Notes under the pieces: model-generated
Told to the model about the DNA's origin: nothing
What the model saw: the letters and a program-made list of their open reading frames with translations, nothing else
The model's database searches: none
Shown: positions 10,221 to 18,195 of the stretch, piece by piece
How the letters are laid out: each line of letters begins with the position of its first letter
Numbering within the stretch: the stretch's first letter is position 1
Source of the DNA: Promethearchaeota archaeon
GTDB taxonomy: Archaea; Asgardarchaeota; Lokiarchaeia; Sigyniarchaeales; SOKP01
DNA length: 64,000 nt
Assembly (NCBI GenBank): GCA_048938005.1
Contig: JBHLMQ010000001.1
Coordinates: forward strand, 1 to 64,000
Direction: 5' to 3'
Position numbers and translations under genes: made by a program

Positions 10221-11378
10221 TTAATATTTTGAGGGCGTTTTTGATTTAATATGCGAAGGAGTTTTTGTTTTAATTGAGGGGGTTTTAGATTTAATTTTCC
10301 TTAGTTCTCTTTCAAATTCTCTTTTTTCATTTAAAAATCTTTGTCGATCCTTCTCTAGTTTTTCTCTTTCACGTTTAATAAGATTTTTTTCCCTTTCTAA
10401 ATTTGATTTTACTTTTTCTAATTGTCTATTTTCATCATTCAATTTTCTAAACCTTTCCTCTAAATTCGGAATCTTGCGATTTAAAGAGTAGAATTTATTC
10501 TCTGCTGCTGGAATTTTTCTTTCTAATTCTTTTAATCTTGCTTCTTGTTGATGCCTTTTTTTTTCCAAATTATTTACATCTCTTTCTGATTTATCTCTAT
10601 ATTTTTTCAAATCTAATCTTTTTTTATCAATTTCCCGAGTTTTAAGGTCTAAATCTTGTTTTTTATATCTGGTTTTTTCTCTTTCTTCCTTGAGTTTTTT
10701 CTTTTCATCAGATATTCGGTTTTTTTCATCAGTAATCTCCCTTCTCAAATTATTAACTTCTCTATTTAAGTTATCCCTTTCTCTAGTTAAATTTTTGATT
10801 TCATTTCTTAAATCCATTAATTTATTTTCTAAATCATTGGTTGTTCTCTCTAAAGCTTTTTCTCTCCTCTCCATCCCTGGAATTTTTGTTTTGATTTCTT
10901 TTATGCGCTTTTCTGTTCTTTCTTTTTCCCATTCTAAATTTTTCTTCTGATTTCGAATATCATCTCTCAATTCATCTAATTTATTTTGATATCTTTCTAA
11001 TTCAGCATTTTTTTGATCTAATTCTTCATTCTTACTTCTGATTTTTTCTCGAAATTGTCTGTTTTTAGTAGCTAAATCATTTTTTTGTTGTTCTATTTGG
11101 TTTTTCGTCGTTTCTAACTCATTCCGCAAGTTATTTCGTTGTTCAATAAGATTTTTAATTTTAAGTTCCTTTTCTTTTCTTTTTCTTTCTAAATCTTCTA
11201 TATTTTCTTCGTAATTTTCTATTTGATTAAGAACTTTTTCCCATTCGCTCTTTTCTTTATCCAGTTTAATTCTTTCTTTTTTTAATTTTTTAAGCAATTT
11301 TTTATCCGAAACTTGATCTAATTCTTCATCTGGCGTTTTTTCTCGAATTTGATATTTAGGAATAGGTTCGTCATTCAT
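10221..11378 (-). CDS. Long charged coiled-coil protein with C-terminal KTPS repeats
   Basis: About 340 aa of K/E/R/L heptads; tail IKSKTPS-IKTKTPS-HIKSKTPS-KY. Confidence 0.85.
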   Translation of the reverse strand: MNDEPIPKYQIREKTPDEELDQVSDKKLLKKLKKERIKLDKEKSEWEKVLNQIENYEENIEDLERKRKEKELKIKNLIEQRNNLRNELETTKNQIEQQKNDLATKNRQFREKIRSKNEELDQKNAELERYQNKLDELRDDIRNQKKNLEWEKERTEKRIKEIKTKIPGMERREKALERTTNDLENKLMDLRNEIKNLTRERDNLNREVNNLRREITDEKNRISDEKKKLKEEREKTRYKKQDLDLKTREIDKKRLDLKKYRDKSERDVNNLEKKRHQQEARLKELERKIPAAENKFYSLNRKIPNLEERFRKLNDENRQLEKVKSNLEREKNLIKREREKLEKDRQRFLNEKREFERELRKIKSKTPSIKTKTPSHIKSKTPSKY

Positions 11379-11587
11379 AATGTTTCAATTATTTATTATA
11401 TCTATTAATAAATTCATATTAATATTGACTCTAAAGTGTTTGCAAATCAAAACTCCAAATATTAAATTTTTGTATTTGTTGAATCTATTTATATAGCTTA
11501 GTTTCTATTATTTTCATATAATCTTAGCAAAAAAAAGATCAGAATTATATTTAAGATAAAAAGATATATTAGATTAGGTTTAATCTT

Positions 11588-12037
11588 ATGGGCTTTGATG
11601 ATGAATTTGATGAGGAATTTGATGAGGAATTTGATGAAGAATTTGATGAACAAGAATTTGATGAAGATTTAGAGGATTTAGAAGAAGAATTTGAGGAAGA
11701 AATAGAAGAACACGTCGAAGAACCTTTTGTAGAAATTGCTAAAGAGGAAGTTGATTCCAAAACACCTTCTACTAAGACTATTCAAAGAGGGAAAAAGATA
11801 TCAGTATATTTTATGTCTACTATCGGTCCAGGTGAGAAAAAGCAAAAATTAACTGTTAATGATGGAAACAGCGTTGGTGACATTAAAGAAACTGTAGCAA
11901 ATTTATTTGGTTTAGATCCTGCTGACTTTTACTTATCATGTGGTGGCGTAACAATGGATGAAACTAACTCTTTAAGCTTTTATAATGTTTCTGACGGAGA
12001 TGACATACTTTTAATTCCAGCTAGTATTGCTGGTTAA
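11588..12037 (+). CDS. Ubiquitin-like protein 1 (acidic N-terminal tail, C-terminus -SIAG)
   Basis: Beta-grasp pattern ISVYFMST...VGDIKETVANLFGL...GGVTMDETNSLSFYNVSDGDDILLIP; terminal Gly; lies next to E1/E2/JAMM. Confidence 0.88.
   Translation: MGFDDEFDEEFDEEFDEEFDEQEFDEDLEDLEEEFEEEIEEHVEEPFVEIAKEEVDSKTPSTKTIQRGKKISVYFMSTIGPGEKKQKLTVNDGNSVGDIKETVANLFGLDPADFYLSCGGVTMDETNSLSFYNVSDGDDILLIPASIAG
11594..11665 (+). repeat. Coding 12-bp tandem repeat (TTTGATGARGAA, FDEE)
   Basis: About six consecutive FDDE/FDEE-type units at the start of Ubl1. Confidence 0.85.
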
Positions 12038-12056
12038 TAAAATAAGAACCTTTTTT

Positions 12057-12845
12057 TTAATTTCTTTCTTTTCTTGAAGGGATTAGAGCAATTTCATCGT
12101 CATCATCAATATCATAATCTTTTATTATTGAGTTCTCTTGTAGTAATATCCCTCCGCTAGATAAGAGAAAATCTTCTAATTCATAATCAAATAATATTGC
12201 AATTTTTTCCTTAATTATTCTAATTACTTCAGTAGTATCAACAATTATTATTTTCGTTTTCTCGCCAGGTTCAACTAATGATCTTATATAAACTCGAATC
12301 TGACCTTCCATTTCGATTTGTCTTTTAGGTGGGGTATAAATTATAGCTCCATCAGTTTTATCCTTGGTGTTCAATATATTTTCGATTAAATCATTTCTCT
12401 CATTTGGATCGTAATATAGCATTTCTCTAATAAATAATATCTTATCCATTTTTGATAATCCTAGAAGGTTTATGTTATCTAATTCTTCCTTTCTAAAGAT
12501 TGAAAAAATAAATTTATCAACTATTGGCATATCCTTATAAGTCTCATCCGATTCAATATATTCTTCTATAGAAGGCATGACATCAATATAATCTTCAATA
12601 ATATCGCTAGTATCCTTTTGAATTAATTTTGGTTTTGTAAAGTATTTTTTTTCTTTTAATCTAATATCTTGACTACTTTTAGACTGTATAACGGTGTAAA
12701 TAGTACTTGTAGATAAAACTGCGACACTACTAATAGTTAGGACAAGAAATAAAGGAATATTTTCTACCTGAAATAGGAAAAAAAAGACATAGAATAGAAT
12801 ACAAAAAACGTAAATAACACTTAAAATTCTATAATTTTTTCTCAT
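12057..12845 (-). CDS. Membrane-anchored ubiquitin-like domain protein (2 TM + C-terminal Ubl, no terminal Gly)
   Basis: Two N-terminal hydrophobic helices; the C-terminal domain aligns with Ubl1/2 (PGEK, FLLSSGG, DYDIDDDDEIALIP) but ends SRKERN. Confidence 0.85.
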   Translation of the reverse strand: MRKNYRILSVIYVFCILFYVFFFLFQVENIPLFLVLTISSVAVLSTSTIYTVIQSKSSQDIRLKEKKYFTKPKLIQKDTSDIIEDYIDVMPSIEEYIESDETYKDMPIVDKFIFSIFRKEELDNINLLGLSKMDKILFIREMLYYDPNERNDLIENILNTKDKTDGAIIYTPPKRQIEMEGQIRVYIRSLVEPGEKTKIIIVDTTEVIRIIKEKIAILFDYELEDFLLSSGGILLQENSIIKDYDIDDDDEIALIPSRKERN

Positions 12846-12930
12846 GATTTTTTGATTAGATTATTTTCTGAATTTAAAATATTTAAATTATAATTTAAAT
12901 GGGATTGGAATAAAAATGGAGTTTTTCATT

Positions 12931-13602
12931 TTATATAGCTTTCATTGATTTTTTAGCTTTAGAATATTTCTCTAAATCTAGTTTGAAAACAATTCTATTT
13001 TTTTCTTTTTCAATCTTTATTAATTTCAGATCTATTAAAATATCTAAATATTTTTTAATAGTGCTGTGATTTTTTTTTAGACCAGTTGCTATTTCTGTAA
13101 TTTTAAATGCTTTATTTTCTTTTTTTATAAAATTAATTATTTTTTGAACGATTTCCTTTTTTAAATAATAGTATAGTGGGTCTAATTTTGGATTGGAATC
13201 AAATTTGAAGAAAATTTTGTGATTGTTGATTTGTTTTGATCTAATGAATTGGAATTTTTCTAAACATGATAAATGCCATAAAGCTTGATTACTACCAATA
13301 TTAAGAGCCCTCATTATTTCATTAATATTTGAGGGATTCTTTTTGATATAATTAAAGATTTCATTCCTTTTTGGATGTTCAATAATATTATTTTTCATTA
13401 ATCTGGTTCCAGGGATAATAATACGTCTTTTAATTAAATTCTTTAAGATTAACTCTATTCTATTCTCGTTTATATTAGGATTGTATCTTACCCTGTTGCT
13501 TATATATGAGATAATTTCTCTAATTGAGAAGAATGTTTTTTTTGTTAAATACTCTTCTACTAATTCAAGAACAACGGATTCTACATTATTCAGAGAACTC
13601 AT
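12931..13602 (-). CDS. Winged-helix transcriptional regulator (tandem ArsR-like wHTH)
   Basis: RNEIFNYIKKNP..INEIMRALNIG....WHLSCLE and ITEIATGLKKNHSTIKKYLDIL HTH patterns. Confidence 0.82.
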   Translation of the reverse strand: MSSLNNVESVVLELVEEYLTKKTFFSIREIISYISNRVRYNPNINENRIELILKNLIKRRIIIPGTRLMKNNIIEHPKRNEIFNYIKKNPSNINEIMRALNIGSNQALWHLSCLEKFQFIRSKQINNHKIFFKFDSNPKLDPLYYYLKKEIVQKIINFIKKENKAFKITEIATGLKKNHSTIKKYLDILIDLKLIKIEKEKNRIVFKLDLEKYSKAKKSMKAI

Positions 13603-13880
13603 GAGCCCATATTTATATTACGTAGAAATTTTTTGTTTTTATAATTACGTATTCTCTCTAAAACAATATTTTATGTCTTATATATATTGATAAACATTCA
13701 TATAATTTATAATATAATTTCTTTAGAATCCTAATTTTCTCGTTTTTAATTTTGATAAGAATTTAAAAAACTTCAAAATCATTCCAAAGGGTTTTATAAT
13801 ACATTTTTAACGCCATTTTATTAAGTTTAACAAAATTGAAAATTAAATTATAAAATAAAAAAAAATTGGATGTGATGTGA

Positions 13881-14216
13881 ATGGGTTTTGATAATGAATT
13901 TGATGAAGATTTAGGTGGAGAAGAACCGTTAAAATCTAAAACTCCTGCAACTAAAACTCCTTCAGCAGGAAAGAAATTAACTTTATATTTTATGTCAACA
14001 ATTGGTCCTGGTGAAAAGAAGGAAAAATTAACTGTGAATGACAGTAATCGCGTAAGAGATATTAAACAAACATTAGGAAATTTATATGGCCTTGATCCTA
14101 ATGACTTTCACTTATCTTCTGGCGGAGTTACAATGGATGAAGATAGTGCATTAAGAGACTATGATGTAAACGATGGTGACGATATTCTATTAATCCCTGC
14201 TAGTACAGCTGGGTAG
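13881..14216 (+). CDS. Ubiquitin-like protein 2 (C-terminus -STAG)
   Basis: Close paralog of Ubl1 (YFMSTIGPGEKK, GGVTMDE, DGDDILLIPAS.AG); immediately upstream of E1. Confidence 0.9.
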   Translation: MGFDNEFDEDLGGEEPLKSKTPATKTPSAGKKLTLYFMSTIGPGEKKEKLTVNDSNRVRDIKQTLGNLYGLDPNDFHLSSGGVTMDEDSALRDYDVNDGDDILLIPASTAG

Positions 14217-14248
14217 ACTTATAAAATTTTCTTCATAAATTATAACAT

Positions 14249-14286
14249 AAGGGCTTTAAGCCCTTCAATTTTTTTTATTTTTTTTT
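14249..14286 (+). terminator. Hairpin plus T-tract between Ubl2 and E1
   Basis: AAGGGCT-TTA-AGCCCTT perfect 7-bp stem at 14249-14265, followed by long T runs. Confidence 0.6.
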
Positions 14287-14308
14287 ATAAATATTAATGG
14301 TGATATGA

Positions 14309-15556
14309 TTGAATAAGGATTCAGATTTTTTTGCTAAAGAATTATCAGCGGATGAGAGAGACCTGTATGACCGTCAATTTCGTCTAGAAGGTTGGTCTCA
14401 GAAATTAGTAAAGAACTCAAGAGTGCTGATAGTCGGTGTTGGAGGCTTGGGTTGTGAAATTGCTAAAAATCTAGCCATGCTTGGTGTGGGTCATTTAGAT
14501 CTTATTGATTTAGATATCATTGAACATTCTAATTTGAACCGTCAAGTTCTATTTGCAGGAGCAAAGATAGGAGAGTCAAAAGCAGTTGTTGCTGCTAGAA
14601 AATTAAAAGAAATTAATCCTAATGTTATTGTTAAGGGATACCACACCTCCTTAGAACGTTTAAATCCGGCACTATATCAAGCTGCTGATGTTGTAATTGG
14701 AGGACTTGATTCGATGAATGCACGTCTAAATTTAAATGCACAATGTATAAGATTTAAAAAGCCACTAGTAGATGGAGGAGTATCTGGTTATTATGGTCAT
14801 GTATACACAATATTTCCTTACAAAAATGCTTGTTATGAATGTAATCCATTACCGGTAGGAGAGAGTGATGAGATGGCTGCTTGTACTGTTGTTGGAGTCC
14901 CCCGAAAAAGGATTCACTGCGTTTTTAAAGGAGATATGGCATTCAGAGAAAAATTTGATAGAGATCCGAATCCAAAAGACGTAAATGATATTAAATTCAT
15001 TCAAAAGACTGCAAATGAATTAGTAAATAAACACAATTTCTTACCTGAATATACGGAGGATGATATTGTGAAAATCATTGATAGGCACGATCCTGGTATA
15101 ATAACTATAAATGCCGTCATTTCTGCCCTACAATCACATGAAACAACCAAAATCCTTCATTGGAAAAAAAGTCATAAAGGATTAGGTGAACCTATTAGAA
15201 GTTATGTGATCTTTAATGCAATTACAATGAAATTTTATCATATTGAAAAACAGAGAAACCCAGAATGTTCTCAATGTGGTAAAAAAGTACGACGAGTATC
15301 CATAAAATTGAAAGCTCAATCACCTTGTATAAATATAATTAAAATATTAAAGAAGAATGGATTTAAATTAGATCCAAATTCCGAGCCAATTCTAACTTTA
15401 CTGGATTTTAATGATATTATGATTGTTGATTTAGAGAAGAATCCAATTGAAAATGGGTTAAGAAATTACGAGCTTATGACAGCTGCTGGGTTTAAAGGTG
15501 GAGAAATTTTTGTAACCTTAAAAATAAAACAAGATTTAAATCAAAAAAGTTTTTAA
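14309..15556 (+). CDS. E1 ubiquitin-like activating enzyme (ThiF/UBA family with catalytic Cys domain)
   Basis: YDRQ, GVGGLGCE, SNLNRQ; Zn pairs CYEC and CSQC; UBA3-like AACTVVGVPRKRIHC segment. Confidence 0.93.
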   Translation: MNKDSDFFAKELSADERDLYDRQFRLEGWSQKLVKNSRVLIVGVGGLGCEIAKNLAMLGVGHLDLIDLDIIEHSNLNRQVLFAGAKIGESKAVVAARKLKEINPNVIVKGYHTSLERLNPALYQAADVVIGGLDSMNARLNLNAQCIRFKKPLVDGGVSGYYGHVYTIFPYKNACYECNPLPVGESDEMAACTVVGVPRKRIHCVFKGDMAFREKFDRDPNPKDVNDIKFIQKTANELVNKHNFLPEYTEDDIVKIIDRHDPGIITINAVISALQSHETTKILHWKKSHKGLGEPIRSYVIFNAITMKFYHIEKQRNPECSQCGKKVRRVSIKLKAQSPCINIIKILKKNGFKLDPNSEPILTLLDFNDIMIVDLEKNPIENGLRNYELMTAAGFKGGEIFVTLKIKQDLNQKSF

Positions 15557-15637
15557 ATTAAAAGTTTAAGGAAAAAAACAATTATTTAAAGAAAGATTTT
15601 TACTATAAAATTAAGGATAATAAAAAGGGTTGAGAGT

Positions 15638-16165
15638 ATGAGTATAAGAAGTGGTCGAGTATCCCGAGATTTTGCGGGATTAAAAAAAATGCTTAAAGAA
15701 GGTAGTATCATTCAATTAAAACCATTTAGTCCGAAAAGGAAGAGTATTGATCACTTAGCAATCTTATTTAAAGGACCTAAAGGTACCGCTTATGCAGGTG
15801 GTCTTTTTAGATTAGAAATGAGATTTCCTGCTCAATATCCTAAACAACCTCCTTTTGTAAGAATGCATACTCCAATTTGGCATCCAAATTTTTGGCCAAA
15901 ACCCTCTGAATATAAAGGACAAAGAAATATTTGTCTAGCATTAGTAGATCCCTCATTAATAGGTAAAAAAGGTGGATGGAGTCCTTCAAAAACTGCTGTT
16001 ACAGTAGTTCAAGCGATAATTGCTATGTTAAACACGCGTGGTAAATATGTAAATCCTACAGATGTATTTAATAAAAAAGCAGCAATAGAAATGATAAAGA
16101 ATCAAAAGTTTTTTGAGAAAAAAGTAAAAAATCTTGTTAAGAAGTATGCAAATAAAAAATGGTGA
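15638..16165 (+). CDS. E2 ubiquitin-conjugating enzyme
   Basis: GPKGTAYAGGLF, FPAQYPKQPP, WHPN, catalytic NICL and WSPS. Confidence 0.95.
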   Translation: MSIRSGRVSRDFAGLKKMLKEGSIIQLKPFSPKRKSIDHLAILFKGPKGTAYAGGLFRLEMRFPAQYPKQPPFVRMHTPIWHPNFWPKPSEYKGQRNICLALVDPSLIGKKGGWSPSKTAVTVVQAIIAMLNTRGKYVNPTDVFNKKAAIEMIKNQKFFEKKVKNLVKKYANKKW

Positions 16166-16986
16166 TTTTTTTAATGGATAATGATGACCTGGCCAATAAC
16201 TCGATAAAAGATGTAATTAAGAGGAAGATAAAGGAAAAAATAAAACAAGAACTATTAGATGAAATCTGTGAAGAACTTAAATTAGAAGAAGATGAATTAA
16301 CTGAAGAAATTTCTTCAATGCTTACAAGAAAACCATCTGAAAAACCAATTATAAAACTTACTAAGATTCCTACAGCTAGAATTGTAGAAAATAAAAAAGT
16401 TGAAACTGAAAAAGAAGAGGAAATCCAAAAAGAGATTTATATTTCAGTAAAAGCTATACTTAAAATAGCGACTCATGCGCTTAAATACGCGAATTCTAAG
16501 ATTCCTAAAGAAAAATGGGTGGAAGTGATAGGGCTTCTAGCAGGAAAGATAGATAATAATCATGTAATCCATATAGAAGATTCTTATCCAATGGGACATG
16601 GTACAGCAGTTTATGCAGAAATTAAAGATTATAAAAATTACGTTAGAGCTTTTAAAGATATTAAAAGGCAGAAGTATTTTATATGTGGATGGTATCATTC
16701 ACATCCATCTTATGGATGTTTCATGTCGAATGAAGACATGGGGACTCAAGCGAGATACCAAAAATTATGGGATAAAGCTGTTGCTCTTGTCATCGATCCC
16801 TATCAAATTAATGGTAAATCTGCGGGATTTGAAATATATAAAGCTGATATTAAATCTAACACATGGTATCCCCTTATATATGGAATTAAAGGATCATTAG
16901 ATGTAAAAATGTTACCAGAAGTATTAAAATTTATAAATCCCATAACTGAGGGAAAAGCAGTATATCTCGAATATGACGAGGATTAA
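16159..16986 (+). CDS. JAB1/MPN (JAMM) metalloisopeptidase, Rpn11/CSN5-like (true start may be the ATG at 16174)
   Basis: EVIGLL...GWYHSHPSYGCFMSNEDMGTQARYQ...ALVIDP; charged N-terminal extension. Confidence 0.93.
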   Translation: MVIFLMDNDDLANNSIKDVIKRKIKEKIKQELLDEICEELKLEEDELTEEISSMLTRKPSEKPIIKLTKIPTARIVENKKVETEKEEEIQKEIYISVKAILKIATHALKYANSKIPKEKWVEVIGLLAGKIDNNHVIHIEDSYPMGHGTAVYAEIKDYKNYVRAFKDIKRQKYFICGWYHSHPSYGCFMSNEDMGTQARYQKLWDKAVALVIDPYQINGKSAGFEIYKADIKSNTWYPLIYGIKGSLDVKMLPEVLKFINPITEGKAVYLEYDED

Positions 16987-17011
16987 AAGAGAGTGTGGTG
17001 ATTAATAGACT

Positions 17012-18184
17012 GTGACCAAATATAAATCTATTGTAATTGTATTAGCGATATTTTCGCTTATAGGAATAGTGCACGGTGCGATCTTAATCTCTTTTAATAT
17101 ATTTGTGAGTTGGTTATTGATTGGAATTTGGTTAATATTTTCGTTTAAAGTATTAAAAAATATTAAGCAACATCGAGAATATCGAAGTCCTCACAATACT
17201 GCATTCTTTACTATTGGCCCCGTCTTTATTGGAATATTTTATTCAATTTGGGGAAATTTTACAGCCTTATTAGGAGAAAATCTTATTGTAGATTCAAATT
17301 TATATTTAAGTCTATGGAGTATTCTATTTGGATTACCTTATGTAATTTACGGCTCATTTTCCTTATATCGATGTTTTAAGAAATATAATGTAATTTATTT
17401 TGGTACAAAATCAGTAAATGCACGTAAATTTGCCTATTTCTTAGGTTTTTCAATTCTATTTTTTATAATTTTCTATTGGATAAGTTTTTATTCATTTGCA
17501 GAATTTTATGGATTTCTGCTAATAATTGATCTTAATCTTTTGATATTACTTATTGGAACTATTATAATATTGATTATTCCAGGATTATTAGGATCTCGTT
17601 CGCAATTACCGCAATTGACTAGAGATTATATAGCAAGACGTACAAGTAGATTAAACAGTTTAGTTTCACCAAACACCCATAGAGAAAGCATTCATACTAC
17701 AGCAAGATCATCTCCAACACCTTCTACAAGATTTGTTACTCATACTTCGAGATCTGTTTCCCATTCTTCAAGATCAACGCCGACAGGACATATACAATCT
17801 AGAACTTCTAGAGTTAAAACCACTACTCGTTCTAGAAGCACAAGTAAAAAAGGAAAGCCAATAAGAAGAAGTAATACTACTGTAAAACATGCGAATTACA
17901 AACATTATAGACCAAAAGCCGCAAACTTGTCAATAGAAGATTTTAAATGTATTTTTTGTTTTAAATTACCAGAATTTCCTAAAGATAATGGTAGAGGAAT
18001 AATTTTATGTCCAAATTGTAGGTACCCTGCTCATGCTGATGAATTTAAAGATTGGCTTAGAACTTCTGGTCTTTGTTCTAGATGTAATGCCCCTATTCCG
18101 TTAAGTTATAGGAGAAATCCTAAAATCATTAGTGTAAAAAGCTATTCAATAATTTATAAAGATTTTCTAAGGAAAAAACAGTAG
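17012..18184 (+). CDS. Multi-pass membrane protein with C-terminal RING-like zinc finger (putative E3 ligase)
   Basis: About six hydrophobic helices, an S/T/R-rich linker, then CIFC...CPNCRYPAHADE..W....CSRC; last gene of the E1-E2-JAMM run. Confidence 0.8.
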   Translation: MTKYKSIVIVLAIFSLIGIVHGAILISFNIFVSWLLIGIWLIFSFKVLKNIKQHREYRSPHNTAFFTIGPVFIGIFYSIWGNFTALLGENLIVDSNLYLSLWSILFGLPYVIYGSFSLYRCFKKYNVIYFGTKSVNARKFAYFLGFSILFFIIFYWISFYSFAEFYGFLLIIDLNLLILLIGTIIILIIPGLLGSRSQLPQLTRDYIARRTSRLNSLVSPNTHRESIHTTARSSPTPSTRFVTHTSRSVSHSSRSTPTGHIQSRTSRVKTTTRSRSTSKKGKPIRRSNTTVKHANYKHYRPKAANLSIEDFKCIFCFKLPEFPKDNGRGIILCPNCRYPAHADEFKDWLRTSGLCSRCNAPIPLSYRRNPKIISVKSYSIIYKDFLRKKQ

Positions 18185-18195
18185 TTCTTTAAAAA

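Noticed and set aside
10221-11378. Coiled-coil protein as SMC/Rad50 or ESCRT-III
   Set aside because: No Walker motifs, hinge or zinc hook; too long and uniform for Snf7; family not assignable by eye.
11594-11665. Tandem repeats as a possible CRISPR array
   Set aside because: 12-bp units with no spacers, in frame within a CDS; no cas genes in the window.
11569-11760. Ser-rich minus-strand ORF (SSSNSSSN)
   Set aside because: Antisense shadow of the FDEE repeat in Ubl1.
14309-15556. E1 as MoeB/ThiF of cofactor biosynthesis
   Set aside because: The catalytic Cys insertion and the adjacent E2, JAMM and RING genes argue for protein conjugation.
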